A stretch of 64,000 nucleotides of DNA, from positions 1 through 64,000 of the forward strand of contig NW_027590388.1 in the NCBI RefSeq assembly GCF_964213995.1, read 5' to 3'. A model generated the notes under the pieces. It was not told the DNA's origin and did no database searches. It saw only the letters and a program-made list of their open reading frames with translations. Source of the DNA: Mustelus asterias. Its lineage: Eukaryota. Position 1 is the stretch's first letter; every line of letters starts with the position of its first letter. Below are positions 26,760 through 40,114 of this stretch, piece after piece. Position numbers and translations under genes: made by a program.

Positions 26760-27617
26760 ATGGAGAAACCATGGAAATGTGGGGACTGTGGAAAGGGATT
26801 CAGATACCCATCTGCACTGGAAATTCATCAACGCAGTCACACTGGGGAGAGACCATTCACCTGCTCTGTGTGTGGGAAGGGATTCAGTCAGTTATCCAGC
26901 CTGCAGACACACAATCTCGCTCACACCAATGAGAGACCGTTTAAATGCTCTGACTGTGGGAGCGGATTCAAAAGCTCTCAGGTACTGATGATGCACCAGC
27001 GCATTCACACTGAGGAGAGACCGTTCAGCTGCTCTCACTGCTCAAAGAGGTTTAGAACATCATACAACCTGCGGAAACACCAGCGAGTTCACACCGGGGA
27101 GAGACCATTCATCTGCTCTGTGTGTGGGAAGGGATTCACTCAGTTATCCACCCTGCGGGAACACAATCTCACTCATACCAATGAGAGACCCTTTAAGTGC
27201 TGTGACTGTGGAAGTGGTTTTAAAAGCTCTCAGGATCTGGTGTCCCACCAGCGCATTCACACTGAGGAGAGACCGTTCAGCTGCTCTCACTGCACAAAGT
27301 GGTTTAGAAAAGCATACAACCTGCGGATACACCAGCGAGTTCACAACGGGGAGAAACCGTTCACCTGCTCCAATTGTGGGAAAGGATTCAATCAGTCTTC
27401 CAACTTGCTGAAACACCAGCGAGTTCACACTGGGGAGAGACTGTTCACCTGTTCCAATTGTGGGAAGGGATTCACTCAGTCATCCCATCTGCTGACGCAC
27501 CAGCGCGTTCACACTGGGGAGAGGCCGTTCACCTGCTCTGTGTGTGGGAAGAGATTCACTCATTCATCGAACCTGCGCAGGCACAATCTCACTCACACCA
27601 AAGAGAGACCGTTTTAA
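26760..27617 (+). CDS. ZNF copy D: 10 open fingers (285 aa), ended by a +1 frameshift
   Basis: gcaccATGg MEKPWKC; ccgttttaaatg at ~27612 versus ccgtttaaatg at 26937. Confidence 0.75.
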   Translation: MEKPWKCGDCGKGFRYPSALEIHQRSHTGERPFTCSVCGKGFSQLSSLQTHNLAHTNERPFKCSDCGSGFKSSQVLMMHQRIHTEERPFSCSHCSKRFRTSYNLRKHQRVHTGERPFICSVCGKGFTQLSTLREHNLTHTNERPFKCCDCGSGFKSSQDLVSHQRIHTEERPFSCSHCTKWFRKAYNLRIHQRVHNGEKPFTCSNCGKGFNQSSNLLKHQRVHTGERLFTCSNCGKGFTQSSHLLTHQRVHTGERPFTCSVCGKRFTHSSNLRRHNLTHTKERPF

Positions 27618-28179
27618 ATGTTCTGACTGTGGGAGCGGATTCAAAAGCTCTGGAGAACTGGTGTCCCACCAGCGAGTTCACACTGGGGAGAGACCGTTCA
27701 CCTGCTCTGTGTGTGGGAAAGGATTCACTCAGTCATCCAGCCTGCAGAAACACAAAGGCACTCACTCCAAGGAGACTCCCTTTAAATGCTCTGCCTGAGA
27801 GGCCGGCTTCAGAAGCTCTCAGGAACTGATGATCCCCGAGCACATTCACACCGGGGAGAGGCCGTTCAGCTGCTCTCACTGTTCAAGGAGGTTTAGAATA
27901 TCATCAACACTGCTGAAACACCAGTGAGTTCACACCGGGGAGAAACCATTCACCTGCTCGGTGTGTGCGAAAGGATTTACTCGGTTATCCAGCCTGCCCA
28001 GACACAACATCATCACACCCAGGAGAGACCCTTTAAATGTGGGCGTGGCTTCAAAAGCTCTCGGGAACGAATGTCCCACCAGTGAGTTCACACCAGGCAG
28101 AGGCTGGTCACCTGCTCTGACTGGGAAGGGATTCACTCAGTCAGCAAACTTGGTGAAACACCAGTGAGTTCACAAGTGA
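27618..28179 (+). pseudogene. Decayed finger array downstream of the ZNF D frameshift
   Basis: Further finger-like units with stops and indels, ending at the family terminus cacaagtga (28171-28179). Confidence 0.85.
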
Positions 28180-28261
28180 TGACAGTTCTGGGATTATTCT
28201 TGTGAATCTTTCTTGCCCCTTCTCCAGTGTCTCTATTTCCTTTTTCTAAATGGAGATCACA

Positions 28262-29060
28262 AATAGAACGTAGAACAGCATAGCACAGGAACAGACCCTT
28301 CAGCCCACCATGTTGTGTCGAACATGATGCCAAATTAAACTATTTCTTTCTGCCTGCCCTTAGTCCATATTCCTCTATTCCTTGCATATTCATGTGCTTA
28401 TTTAAAACCCCCTTAAACGCCCCTATCGTATCTGCCTCCACCACCACTCCTAGCAGCGTGTTCCAGACACTTACCACTCTCTGTAAAAAAAACTTGCCCC
28501 TCACATCTCCTTTGAACTTTCTTGAATCCCAAGATCTCTCTGTACATTAACTGGATACTTATCCTTAATATTTGATCTTCCAAAGTGCAGCACCTCTCAC
28601 TTGTCTGGATTAAAATCCATCTGCCATTTCTCCGCTCATATCTGCAGCTGATCTACATCCCACTGTATCCTTTGACAACCTTCTACACTATCTACAACTC
28701 CATCTAGTTTTGTGTCGTCTGCAAGCTTACTAACCCACCCATCCACATTTTCATCCAAGTCATTGATATATATCACAAACAGCGCAGGTCCCAGTACAGA
28801 TCCCTGCAGAACACCACTAGTCACGGACCTCTAGCCAGAAAAACACCCTCCATCACTACTCTCTGACTTCTATGGGCAAGTCAATTCTGAATCCAAGCGG
28901 CCAAGTCACCGTGAATCCCATGCATCTTAATCTTCTGGATGAGCCGACCATGAGGGACCTTGTCGAAAGCCTCACTAAAATCCATGTTCACAACATCCAC
29001 TGCTCTACCCTCATCGATCACCTTCATCACCTCCTCGATAAAATCGATCAAGTCAGTAAG
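28262..29060 (-). mobile_element. CR1 RT and 3' fragment with internal deletions
   Basis: ORF 28636-28824 (QGSVLGPALF...KLADDTK). Confidence 0.87.
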
Positions 29061-29699
29061 ATGTTGACGGTGCTCCCACTGCAGTCCTGTGATGAAAATA
29101 TAGACTGGTTGGTGAAATGTAGATAACAGGTAGAATTGATATCTAATGAGGACTTTATACTTCAGAATTGAATAAAGGGCTCATTGTTACTAACGGGGAA
29201 AGAAGGGTTAAAACCCTTACCCAGAACCCTTTTCACACACACGTGGACATCTCTGAATCTGACGCACACCAAATGGAACGTTACACAAGGGACTGGAATT
29301 CACTGGAATTTCTCAACAACCTTTCAATAGAAATGTCCTGGTACCGACTGTGACAAAGGACACAACAGACAGCAAGAACCAGGAGGAACCTTTAACCCAG
29401 AGAATGTTAATAACCTTGTTCAGGACACCGGTGCCAGGCACAGGAGGATCCCAGGAAAAACGGAACATTTAATTTCTGTCTGTTTCACAATTCTAAATAA
29501 CTAATTCTTTAACATAGGAATGTTTAAAAACAGCATTGTGATATTCCAAGGTCAGTGTGTCTGGGAAAGGGGCACACTGATGTGTTTTTATTTTAAACAG
29601 GAGGATCCATTGAAAAGCAGCTCTGGACGATACGAGCACCTCCTGACCTACTTTCAATTCATTTCAAATCACCCATCACTTTCCGTGGAATATTCTTTA

Positions 29700-30080
29700 T
29701 TCTTCCCTGGGATGTGGACACTGCTGGCAAAGCCCCAGCACACGTTGCTCAGCTCCTAATTGCCCTTGAATGGAGTGACTTGCTCAGCCATTTCAGAGGG
29801 ACAGTTAAGAGTCACCCACATCGCTGTGTGGGTCTGGATTCACATGTCGGCCAGACCGGGTAAGGATGGCAGATTTCCCTCCCTAATAGGGGGTATTAAT
29901 CGGGTGAACTGGACGGGTTTTTACAACAGTCGATAGTTTCATGGTCACCGTTTCTGACACTAACTTTATATAATTCCAGATTGATTCACTGAATTCAAAT
30001 CCCACCAGCTGCCTGTCCCCAGATCCTTTGCTGGGTCTCTGCATTACTCGGCCAGAGACATTCCCACTATCCCAACACCT
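29700..30080 (-). mobile_element. DeuSINE-like SINE
   Basis: cacatgtcggccagaccgggtaaggatggcagatttcc core. Confidence 0.65.
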
Positions 30081-31911
30081 CCCCCTGAATGGAATATTCC
30101 ACACAACCCCTTAGTTAAACAGGAAGGAGAAAAGAGAGAGGCTTTGACCTTTGGCTGACCTCATCACCAACTACAGAAACCTTAAAGCTGACCATTCTGT
30201 AAAAGTTTATAAACTTTATTTTTATAAAACACAGAGTAAGAAACAGGTGAAAAGTAACGATGGACATTCTGACTGACATCAGAAACATTGATTGACCGGA
30301 TAAACACTCACTACATCACAGAGCGATCCTCAACCATTAAAGAATTGACCCACAATAAGGAATGAGAGAGCCTTATAAAAAGGGGCAGGAGTTTACACAG
30401 AGGGGTGACACCCACAGCTGCTCAGGATGATGGAATTCAGTTCAGGAAGGGGATAAAGTGAGAAGCTTTTGTGATTCAAGACAGAAGTATTGAACAATCT
30501 GGAATCAGTGCTTCTCGAGCTTGCTGACTCGCCGAACACTTCAATTAATCTCATCATAAAAACCCCCAGTGTAAATAACATGGATTTGACTCACAAATGT
30601 TGAAACGTTGGCTTAGAGACACAAGTTTCGACTTCCCTTTCTGTCTCTATTGCTCGTGTCAATGACAGCCAGGCGACGGAGCTGAGGGCTGAATTTAGCT
30701 GAGAATAACGGGGCCTGCGCCCCAGTTGGGAAACTGCACTGTTAGAGAGATGGGAAGGTACTGGAGTGGGAAATGGGCCTCCAACCAATCAGGACATGGG
30801 AGGGGGTGACCGAGGCTGATGGTGGGGTGACCCCCGGGGTTCAGTGTCCCTGTGTCCAAAGCGGGGAGTCACAGGAACAGGGTACAGAGGAGCTGAAGAG
30901 AAACCATTTGTGTCCAGAACATTGTGAACATCCTTTTACTCTGGTTGTCTTTGATCCTCAAGTCATTTTCTGTTTGTTTTAACCATGTTCTGTTTCATTA
31001 ATAAACTTTTATCAGTAAAAATATTTGATTTTTCTGGACATTTCCTGCAGAGATTGATGCACTTTAGGGAAAGTGGGTGAGGGGTTGGCAGGCTCTTTAA
31101 CATGCTGGGCTTTCAAGAGAGCTGTTAAACATGCTCTCTCTCTGACCCCTCACTCAACTTCACTCCGTTATTTTCCAGTTCTGTTCTGGTCCCGCCTGGG
31201 GTAACATCTACTCGATCTTTTCTTCTCCTGAAGGAGCACCGTGAGTTCTAGGTTACTCGTACATAAGGACAGATGCTTCAAGCAACAGATCAAGCATGGA
31301 TGTAAAAGATTCTCCAGCTCTCTCTTTACCCCTATCCAAGTTGTGGACAGTTCTTACTCTGTGTTATTTCCCCCAAGCCCTTAATTGTCCCAATCTAGAA
31401 TATTATCCATTTTACTGTAATTTTCCTCACTTTCTGTCCCTGTGCAGTGTGTTTAATTGGATCCTGATTGTTTTGAACTCAGTTTCTCTCTGGAGTGTGT
31501 GTCAATGCCTTGATGATGTCACAATGTTGTCTCAATGCCCTGGCCACATGAACCATTTCATCTCCTGCTGTGTCTCAAGTAGCTGTGTGTGTTTGGGACC
31601 CGCTCTTCACTCCATCTCACCATGAATTTAGGCTTGTTATTTTTCACATGTAACAAATCACATCTGTACACTCACTCCGGTATCCCAAAATCATGTCACA
31701 CATTCTTAACTCTCAGATGTGCTGACGAAAAGATCAAAGTGAGTGTCTGTCTTTCTTATCTCCCCGTTATTGTCTGATATTTCATGCAATGACCGGGCTT
31801 TCAAATGTAGATTTCTTTAAAACAAAGTTCATGGATGGCGGAGTGTGTCGCAGACCAAGTATTATGCTGGCCTTCACTGATTTACAACTCCACTAATACA
31901 AAGTACAATAT

Positions 31912-32230
31912 GGCGGCACGGTGGCGCAGTGGTTAGCACTGCTGCCTCACAGCACCAGGGATCCAGGTTTGATTCCTGGCTTGGGTTACTGTCTGTGTGG
32001 AGTTTGCACATTCTCCCCGTGTCTGCATGAGTTTCCTCCGGATGCTCCGGTTTCCTCCTGCAGTCCAAAGCTGTGTGGGTTAGGTTGATTGGCTGTGCTA
32101 AATTGACCCTAGTTTCTGGGGGATTAGCAGGGTAAATATGTGGGGTTACGGATATAGGCTGGGATTGTTGTCAGTGCAGGCTTGATGGGCCAAATGGCCT
32201 CCTTCTGTGCTATCGGGATTCTATTCTATG
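31912..32230 (+). mobile_element. HE1-type V-SINE
   Basis: ggcggcacggtggcgcagtggttagcac head and full tail. Confidence 0.9.
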
Positions 32231-33533
32231 AATATAATGAAGCAATATAATGGGCGTCTTGTTGATTTTCAGCCTGGGCTAATACAGTGACCTGGAGTTT
32301 TATGACCCTTTTGGAATTGTTGGGTGGAGCCTGATTGAAAGGTCAGTGCTCTCTTTGGACATTTTTTTTAAACAGGAGAAAGATTTTAGTTTTCTTTCGT
32401 AACAAGCTCTTTGGACTGCAGACTGGGAAGTCAAAGTTTGAATTCAACATTTAAAGGACTAATTCACAACAGGTGTTAAAAAGCTGCCAAATCCAGCATC
32501 ATGTGAGCATACCTGCTTTCTGGGCAAAGCCTAGAACGGGGTGTATGTTTGAAGGGATTATTTGATTTGCAACTGTATACTTAGCTGTACTGGTTGATAC
32601 AAGATCATGGTTGCTTTTTATTGCAATTGGTAAAAGTTATGCTAATTTTTCTTCTTATACTTTCACTGTGTTCTTAAATACACTTTGTTTGATAAAAGCT
32701 TCCTAGTGGCTCACTTGAATCGTACCTGGAGTGAAATATTTATGCTCACCCATGCCAAAATCAAAGTGCAAAACTTCTGGCTCCGCTGACTTTGTAAAAC
32801 ACTTTGGAGTTTCTGACCTGGGTCATAACACGTTTAACCACGCTCAAGGTGAGTTATTCAAATTCCTTTATTGTCCAGGACAATATCTTCACAGTATCTT
32901 TAAAACAGAAATTAAACATTCCCATTTGATTTCAGGTATTAACATATTCTGTTAGTTTGTTCTTTATTGTCGATGTCAGGCTGAGGTTGTTCCCCTTGGA
33001 GCAAAGGAGGTTGAGGGGAGATTTGATAGAGGTGGACAAGATTCTGACAGGTTTAGATAAGGTGGACAAAGAAAAGCTGTTCCCATTAGCTGATGGGACA
33101 AGGACGAGGGGGGACACAGATTTAAGGTTTTGGGTCAGAGATGCGGTGGGGGGATATGAGGAAAAATATTTTGATGCAGCGAATGGTAATGACCTGGAAC
33201 TCGCTGCCTACGAGGGTGGAGGAAGTGGAGACAATAAACAATTACAAAGGAAATTGGATGGGCATTTGGGGCGTTTCAAACAGAAATGCTGACTAAATAT
33301 CTCTGAACTTCCTCACACCCTGTCACTCTGTGATCCTTGTGAAATTTAAAACAAGGTATTCACAACAAGACTCAAAGAGCATCAGCCCACTGGAGGCAAA
33401 GTCGTGAGACCGGCCAGTCCAGCAGAAAGAAACCCTCCGACCCTCCCCATTGACCAACTGTGAGAATGAACAAAATGCAGTCCTGGGTGTAATTGAGAGC
33501 AGAAACAATAACAGCAGAATTTAATCCCCATAT

Positions 33534-34376
33534 TCACTTGTGAACTTGTTGGTGTTTCAGCAGGGTGGATGAATCACAGAATCCCTTCCCACACTGAGAG
33601 CAGATGAACAGTCTCTCCCCGGTGTGAACTCGCTGGTGTGATTGCAGGGTGGATAACCGAGTGAATCTCTTCCCACACACGGGGCAGGTGAACGGCCTCT
33701 CTCCAGAGTGAACTCGCTGGTGTCTCCGCAGATTAGATAACTGAGTGAATCCCTTTCCACACTGAGAGCAGGTGAATGGCTTCTCCCCAGTGTGAACTCG
33801 CTGGTGTGTCTGCAGGTTTGATAAATGAATGAATCCCTTCCCACACTGAAAGCAACTGTATGGCCTCTCCCCAGTGTGATTGCGCTGGTGTGTCTGCAGG
33901 CTGTACAATTGAGTGAATCCCTTCCCACACTGAGAGCAGGTGAATGGTCTCTCCCCAGTGTGAACTCGCTGGTGTGCCCGCAGCTGAGATAACTGAGTGA
34001 ATCTTTTCCCACATGCAGAGCAGCCGAATGGCCTCTCTCCTGTGTGAACTCGCTGGTGTTTCTGTAGGTTGGATGACTTACTGAATCCCTTCCCACACTG
34101 AGAGCAGGTGAATGGCCTCTCCCCAGTGTGAACTCGCTGGTGTGTCTGCAGGCTTGATATCTGAGTAAATCCCTTCCCACACTGACAGCAGGTGAATGCA
34201 CTCTCACCAGTGTGAACTTGCTGGTGTCTCTGCAGAGTGGATGAATCAATGAATCCCTTCCCACACACCCAGCAGGTGAACGGCCTCTCCCCAGTGTGGC
34301 TGTGCCGATGAGCTTCCAGTAGAGAGGGCGCTTTGTATCTCTTCCCACAGTCCTCACATTTCCATGGTTTTTCCAT
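33534..34376 (-). CDS. ZNF copy E: 10 fingers, 280 aa
   Basis: Uninterrupted ORF MEKPWKC...QQVHK; upstream acceptor (34702), mini-exon (34936-34871), exon 1 (36072-36029) and promoter all present. Confidence 0.9.
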   Translation of the reverse strand: MEKPWKCEDCGKRYKAPSLLEAHRHSHTGERPFTCWVCGKGFIDSSTLQRHQQVHTGESAFTCCQCGKGFTQISSLQTHQRVHTGERPFTCSQCGKGFSKSSNLQKHQRVHTGERPFGCSACGKRFTQLSQLRAHQRVHTGERPFTCSQCGKGFTQLYSLQTHQRNHTGERPYSCFQCGKGFIHLSNLQTHQRVHTGEKPFTCSQCGKGFTQLSNLRRHQRVHSGERPFTCPVCGKRFTRLSTLQSHQRVHTGERLFICSQCGKGFCDSSTLLKHQQVHK

Positions 34377-35094
34377 ATTTTCAGTCTCCTTGTATCATTT
34401 GAAACCTTGTCCACACAGAGAACACGGTATGGTCTCTCCCTGCTGTGAATGCTGCAATGTATTTTCAGGCTGTGTCACTGGTTAAAGCTCTTTCCACTGT
34501 CAGTGCACTGGAACACTCTCACTCAGGTGTGTGTTTGTGTCCCGGTGTTTTTCCAGTCACACTGCTGCTTAAAATCTTGCAGTCAAACATTTCTCCTTCC
34601 CATTCAGAGGCTGAGGATATTTAGTTTCCAAGGAATCGAGTGACTCTGTCAGATCGAGATGTGATCGTTAAGATTTATCGGTGTGATTCCTCTTCTAATA
34701 TCCTGTAAAAACAATTTACAAAATTCATCACAGTCAGTACAGGATAGAAATTCAGAACAGACAATTCTAGTTTCTGTGGAACATTCTTTCCACTCTCATT
34801 CCCCAAAAGCTGTAAATCTCCATCCCACACACTCTCCCTCCATTCTCACTCTGCTGTATCTAATATTCACCCTCCCAATTCTCCTGAAGGTGCTGATTGA
34901 GGCTGATTGACAGATCCATGCTCACTGCTTCCTGTCCTGGACACACACAGCTGAAAATCTCCATGCAGACTGCCAGTCTAACAGAAATATAGCGACATTC
35001 TCGACTAAAAATGTTTCAAATGGATTGATTCGGTTAGTGAAGATACAGGGGGGTTGTGACTGATGATATTGAACTTGCTGCCAACGTGGGTGAT

Positions 35095-35460
35095 CATAGA
35101 GTTTTACAGCATGGAAAGAGGCCCTTCGGCCCATGGTGTTTGTGCCGGCCATCAAGCACCGTTCTATTCTAATCCCATTTTCTACACTTGGTGCGTAACC
35201 TTACGTGCTATGGCATTTCAAGAGCTTACCTAAATTCTTCTTAAATGTTATGATGATTCCCACCTCTACCACCCTTTCATGCAGTGAGTTCCAGATTCCC
35301 ACCACCATCTGAGTGAAAAAGCTTTCCCTCACATCTTCTATAATCCTCCTGCCCCTGAACTTAAATCCAGGCTCCTGGTTATTGACCTCTCTACTAAAGA
35401 GAAAAGTTCCTTTCTATCCCCCCTATCTGTGCCCCTCAGAATTTTATACATCTCAATGTT
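35095..35460 (-). mobile_element. CR1 3' fragment, paralogous to 17625-17992
   Basis: Reverse-complement match including the flank to the mini-exon. Confidence 0.8.
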
Positions 35461-35819
35461 AGGCTGGATAACTTGGGGTTGTTCTCCTTGGAGCAAAGTA
35501 GATTGATTGAGGTGTACAAGGGTACATGGAGGTGTCAAAGTTTTCATGCTCTGTTTACACGTGTACAAGCTCTGACTATGGGTTATCCAGTCTCAAAACG
35601 TTGGTTCTATTCTCTCTCCACGGATGATGTCAGATCTGCTGAGATTTTCCAGCATTTATTGTTTTTATTTCCCTTTCAATTTCCTTCTCTGTCAGCGCTC
35701 TGCCTCATCAATAAGACATTGGGACTCAGAGGGTTGATGCAGTTTGATGGACAAGTTGTCTCCATTCTGAACACTGGGGAACAAGCGCCTCCCGCTGATT
35801 GACAACATTGCCCTCTACA

Positions 35820-36220
35820 AACATGTCGGCCGCACATGCGCACTGCTGCATATTGCCCCAATAAAGATGGCGAACGTTAACCCGAAACGAACATGAGGAG
35901 CTGCAGCCCCGCTCGGTACAAACTGGGTCCGGGAGGCTCTCTTCCGCATTTTGCGACTCTCACAACATGCTTACACAGCGTTTCCACCCACCTGGACGAT
36001 CCATTGCTCTCTCCGTACCGCCAATCACCTCGAACAGATTTCCGGCCCAAAATAAATGTTTTCCATCGCCATTACTCACACTCGAGTCAAAGTTGGCCCC
36101 GCCCCTCGTTCGCTCCTATTGGTTGGAGGACCGACCGCTCCAGATCGGTCCTCCAGCACTGCCCCCTCTTCCCATTGGTCCGCGCTGCCGTCAATCAGCC
36201 GGACATTGTGACGGTGACTT
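35820..36220 (-). promoter_or_regulatory. Diverged type-1 promoter and exon 1 of ZNF E (MAMENIYFGPEICS-R, 36072-36029)
   Basis: 36090-36215 aligns with 51005-51130 (GC boxes, two ATTGG); gtaATGGCG start and phase-2 ag|gtgatt donor. Confidence 0.7.
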
Positions 36221-37893
36221 GCTGTTTGTCCAATAATAATAGTGAGAGAGTCTCAGTGTAACAATGACACACACAGGCTCCAATACAATCAGAGTGGGGA
36301 TGGAGCACAGAGACAACACAGCAAAGCACTGACTTACTCTGAGTGTAACAAATACAATGTTTGTTCAAATAATAAGTCATGTTGCAGTATGTTAGTGAAC
36401 ACAGCATTAGATCCAATGTAATGATAATACAGTCAGTATCTAGTGCACCAGAACCAAAGTTTCGGCTTCATTTGATAGTGTGAGTGAGTCATGGTCTATT
36501 GATATAATGTATTTAAATTCCGGTGTGTGTTACTCTGCCCCACTGTCATTATCAGACAATAACCTATCTGTTATTCCAATTCTGCTGTATTTTACAACTG
36601 CAGCTCCTGGGGCTGATTGGAGTCTGGTATAAAAATCACAAAGGTCGGTTTCAGTGTCTCTGAGGTCATTTTAACTGCAGATAATCTGACATTAAGGGAG
36701 ACAAGAGGCCCAACAAACATTTGATTAAAATAGGAGGACAAAGTGTAAGGGAACAATGATATTTTAAGGTGTCTGTGTTATAGTGAGTGTCACTGGGAGG
36801 TGAGTGATAAAATACAAGTGGAAACATCATGACAGAGACACATGTGACTGACTCGGCCTGACTGAGAGCTGTTATACTCGAGGCGAGAATAATGAGGACA
36901 TGGGAAACTCCAGGGATTTCTGATATCTGAGGTGTGTCCGTTAGAGGAACTGAAAATAATCAGTTCCTCCTCATGGTTATCACCAGTTCGCAAGTTACAC
37001 AGACACACAGGAAAGAGATCTGATGCTCATCAAACACAATATTTTAATCTTCTGTTTGAGACACATTATGACCGAAAAGATCAAACATTAAAACCTTAGG
37101 AGAGAAACATTCAGAATGTCACAAAGATGAGTGAACTGTCCAATTAATCCCATTCACCATAACTCTGCCAATTTACCTTCTGCAAGTATTTATCCAATTC
37201 CCTTTGAAAGCTATTATTAAACCTGCTTCTAGCACGTGTCAATTTGTGCATTCCAGATCATATCAAGTTATTGTGCAAAAAATTCTCCTTATCACCCCCT
37301 TCAGTTCTGTTGTCAATTATATTAAATCTCTGTGTCCTCTGCTTACAGACCCTCCTGCACCGAGGAAATTGATTCTCTCCATCGACAAACCCTCCTGCTC
37401 CTGCGAGATAATTTCTCTCCATTGACACTATCATAAATCATTTGTCATTTTAAACACCTCTATTAAATCTCCCCATCACATTCCCTAATCTAAGATGGAT
37501 AACGCATGTTTTTCCTGCCCTGAAGAATTACATGGACTCAAAATGTTAACTCTCTGAACAGATGCCGCCGGACCTGCCGGGTTTTTCTGCTTTTCTCCCT
37601 GTTTTTCCCTCTATAATCAATCAGAAACTCTTCATGATTTTGAACATCTTGATCAAATAGGAACACACAGAGCCTGAGAGAGATACAGAGGAAAGGAGAG
37701 ACAGAAAGACTGAGAGAAAAATTGAGAAAGATTTTAAAAAGCAGAAAGATGACGCAATCAAAGATAAAAGCTGAGAAACAGAGGAAACAAGCAATACAGA
37801 GAGAATGATATAGAATTTAAGGGAGCAGGCTATCAGTTCCCAGCTATGGGGAGCAGAGTCGGCATCTCCACATCAGAGCAGAGGGAACTCAGT

Positions 37894-38229
37894 GGGTGGC
37901 ACGGTAGCACAGTGGTTAGCACTGCTGCTTCACAGCTCCAGGGACCTGAGCTCGATTCCTGGCTCGGGTCGCTGTCTGTGTGGAGTTTGCACACTCTCCT
38001 CGTGTCTGCGTAGGTTTCCTCCGGGTGCTCCTTCCTTCCTCCAAAGATGTGTGGGTTAGGCTGATTGGCCATGCTAAATTTGCCCCTTAGTGTTCTGAGA
38101 TGTGTAGGTTAGAGGGATTAGCGGGTAAATATATGTAGGGATATGGGGGTAGGGCCTGGGTGGGATTGTGGTCGGTGCAGACTTGATGGGCCGAATGGCC
38201 TCCTCCTGCACTGTAGGGTTTCTATGATT
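37894..38229 (+). mobile_element. HE1-type V-SINE
   Basis: Full head and tail. Confidence 0.9.
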
Positions 38230-38829
38230 TAGAAACTGATCCACAGACACAGCTGGCTATATCTGTGAATGGAAACTCTGAACAGAAATAACTGACTCAT
38301 TTGTAAATGTCACCACAATGTGACCTGTGAGATTCTGCCCTGACTCTGTGGACAGATATAGGCCGCATTGACAGATGTTCTCAACAGATTGTTGTCCCTG
38401 GATTTATTTTCTGCTCAGAAGTGAGATGTGCGTTTTTGAACCGGCAGCAGAGAAACAGGAAGTTGTGTTACCTGAGAATGAAACAGCCGGCGTCAGTTTG
38501 ATGTTATCACTGTGAACAGTCTTCCTGTCTGTGAGGGTGAACTCACTCTGACAGCATCAAGAACAACCACACAGATTGCTACTGGTCTCAGCATTACATT
38601 CAGCTCCATTCCTGTTTTAAACAATAAAGAAAGGAGATTATTTGGACTTTTAACAGATTCACTGAATTGGGAGATGGACTGAGGGTCATCACTGGGAGAA
38701 ATGAGGAGGAATTAGAGAACAAATGAGTTTTCCCAAACAGGGTTATTAGAAAAGAGGAGATTTAAAGTGAGTCAGGGCCTGTCAGAGGAAGTGGGAGAGA
38801 GAAACAGAGAGGATTGAATCTCCATCAAT

Positions 38830-39210
38830 TAGATGTTTTCTCAGACAGCGAAGAGAGATGAAGTCTGTTTGTGCTTTTTCAGAGAGAGGTAATGAGAGAG
38901 AGAAAACAATGAATAAGTTTAAGCATTATCTGAAATAGGAAGGTTAAATGAGTGAGTGTTTGAAAGAAAGATAGAGAGACATTAAGTGATGAACACAGTA
39001 TCCGAGAGGAGAGAGGTTAAGTGAATGTGAGACAGGAGCGAGGTTAGAGTGTAAGGGAGGTGGAAGGTGAGGTAAGTGTGAGTGAATGCCTGGAGAGAGA
39101 GAGAGAGACGTTCAGTGAGTGTTAGAGAGATGAGAGAGGTTAAGTGATTGAGTTTCTGAGAGAGAGGAGATGTTAAGTGAGTGAATGTCTAAAAGAGAGG
39201 AGAGCAGGTT
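38830..39210. repeat. Purine-rich degenerate repeat (gagagagg-ttaagtgagtg-like units)
   Basis: Recurrent ttaagtga and GA runs. Confidence 0.6.
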
Positions 39211-40114
39211 CACACCCAGGGGTCACTGAGAATGATCAAAATAAGGAGATCACCCAGAAAACTACCAACAGGAAACTTCAGCTGAACACATCACTCATTC
39301 TCAAATGGTCAGTCAGGGCTCTGATGCTGCTCAGCTTCTCTCTGTTCTGTTTATAATGGTTAAAGGCTGATAGGAGTGAGGTTTATTTAGAAGGATAGTG
39401 TATGGGAAGCACACATCAACAAAACTGAGAATTCTTGGACACACACTGCAGCTCCTTCTCTATCTCGGAATCAAATTGTTGTCTCATTGTCCCAGCAGTT
39501 AACAGGCTCCTTTGAACGTCTCCAGCTGCTACTTTAATGCAGACTTCAACCAATTTATTTGAAGCCAGTTTCTGTTCAATAAACCAGGACTGACACACAC
39601 ACATTAAAATGTTTTAGACTTTTTTGCATTTTTAGTCTGGAAACCTAAACCTGCCGTTTCACTCTCAGTCAGGAATAGATCCCAGTTTTACACCAATCTT
39701 TGACAGCACGTTTCCAGCATTCACCATTGTTCTTCCTGACTCTAAACACAGTTGTAAAGGAGCTTCTGTTCCATGTCTGGGAGCTCGGAACCATGGAAAA
39801 GAGCGGCTGGGACACATTTTTTTCACACCTCAGGATTCACCCACACGGGGACTTTGCTGTCAGTGAAAAGTGACGAAAAAGACCAAAGTGCTGTTTGTCC
39901 CTCTCAGCGTGACCCTGAAGGACTGGGTCTAGAATGAAGTTCTGTTCCTACTGTATCCTCCCTCAGATTGCCCTTTCTGAGCTCCAGCCTGGTGACGTTA
40001 AACACTCAAATGGAAAAGACAAAAATCTACAACAATGATTCAATCAAATGTCTATTTCACATTTATTCAGAATATCAAACCTCAACAGAAGAAAAAAGTC
40101 AGAGTGAACATGAT

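Noticed and set aside
29180-32830. LTR-like stretches (29180-29500, 30100-31050, 32240-32830)
   Set aside because: Composition and some ends are suggestive, but I could not establish paired termini or TSDs, so they are left unannotated.
38431-38467. Minus-strand CACAACT...TCAAAAACG as an RSS
   Set aside because: The spacer is 21 nt, both elements are degenerate, and no V exon is adjacent.
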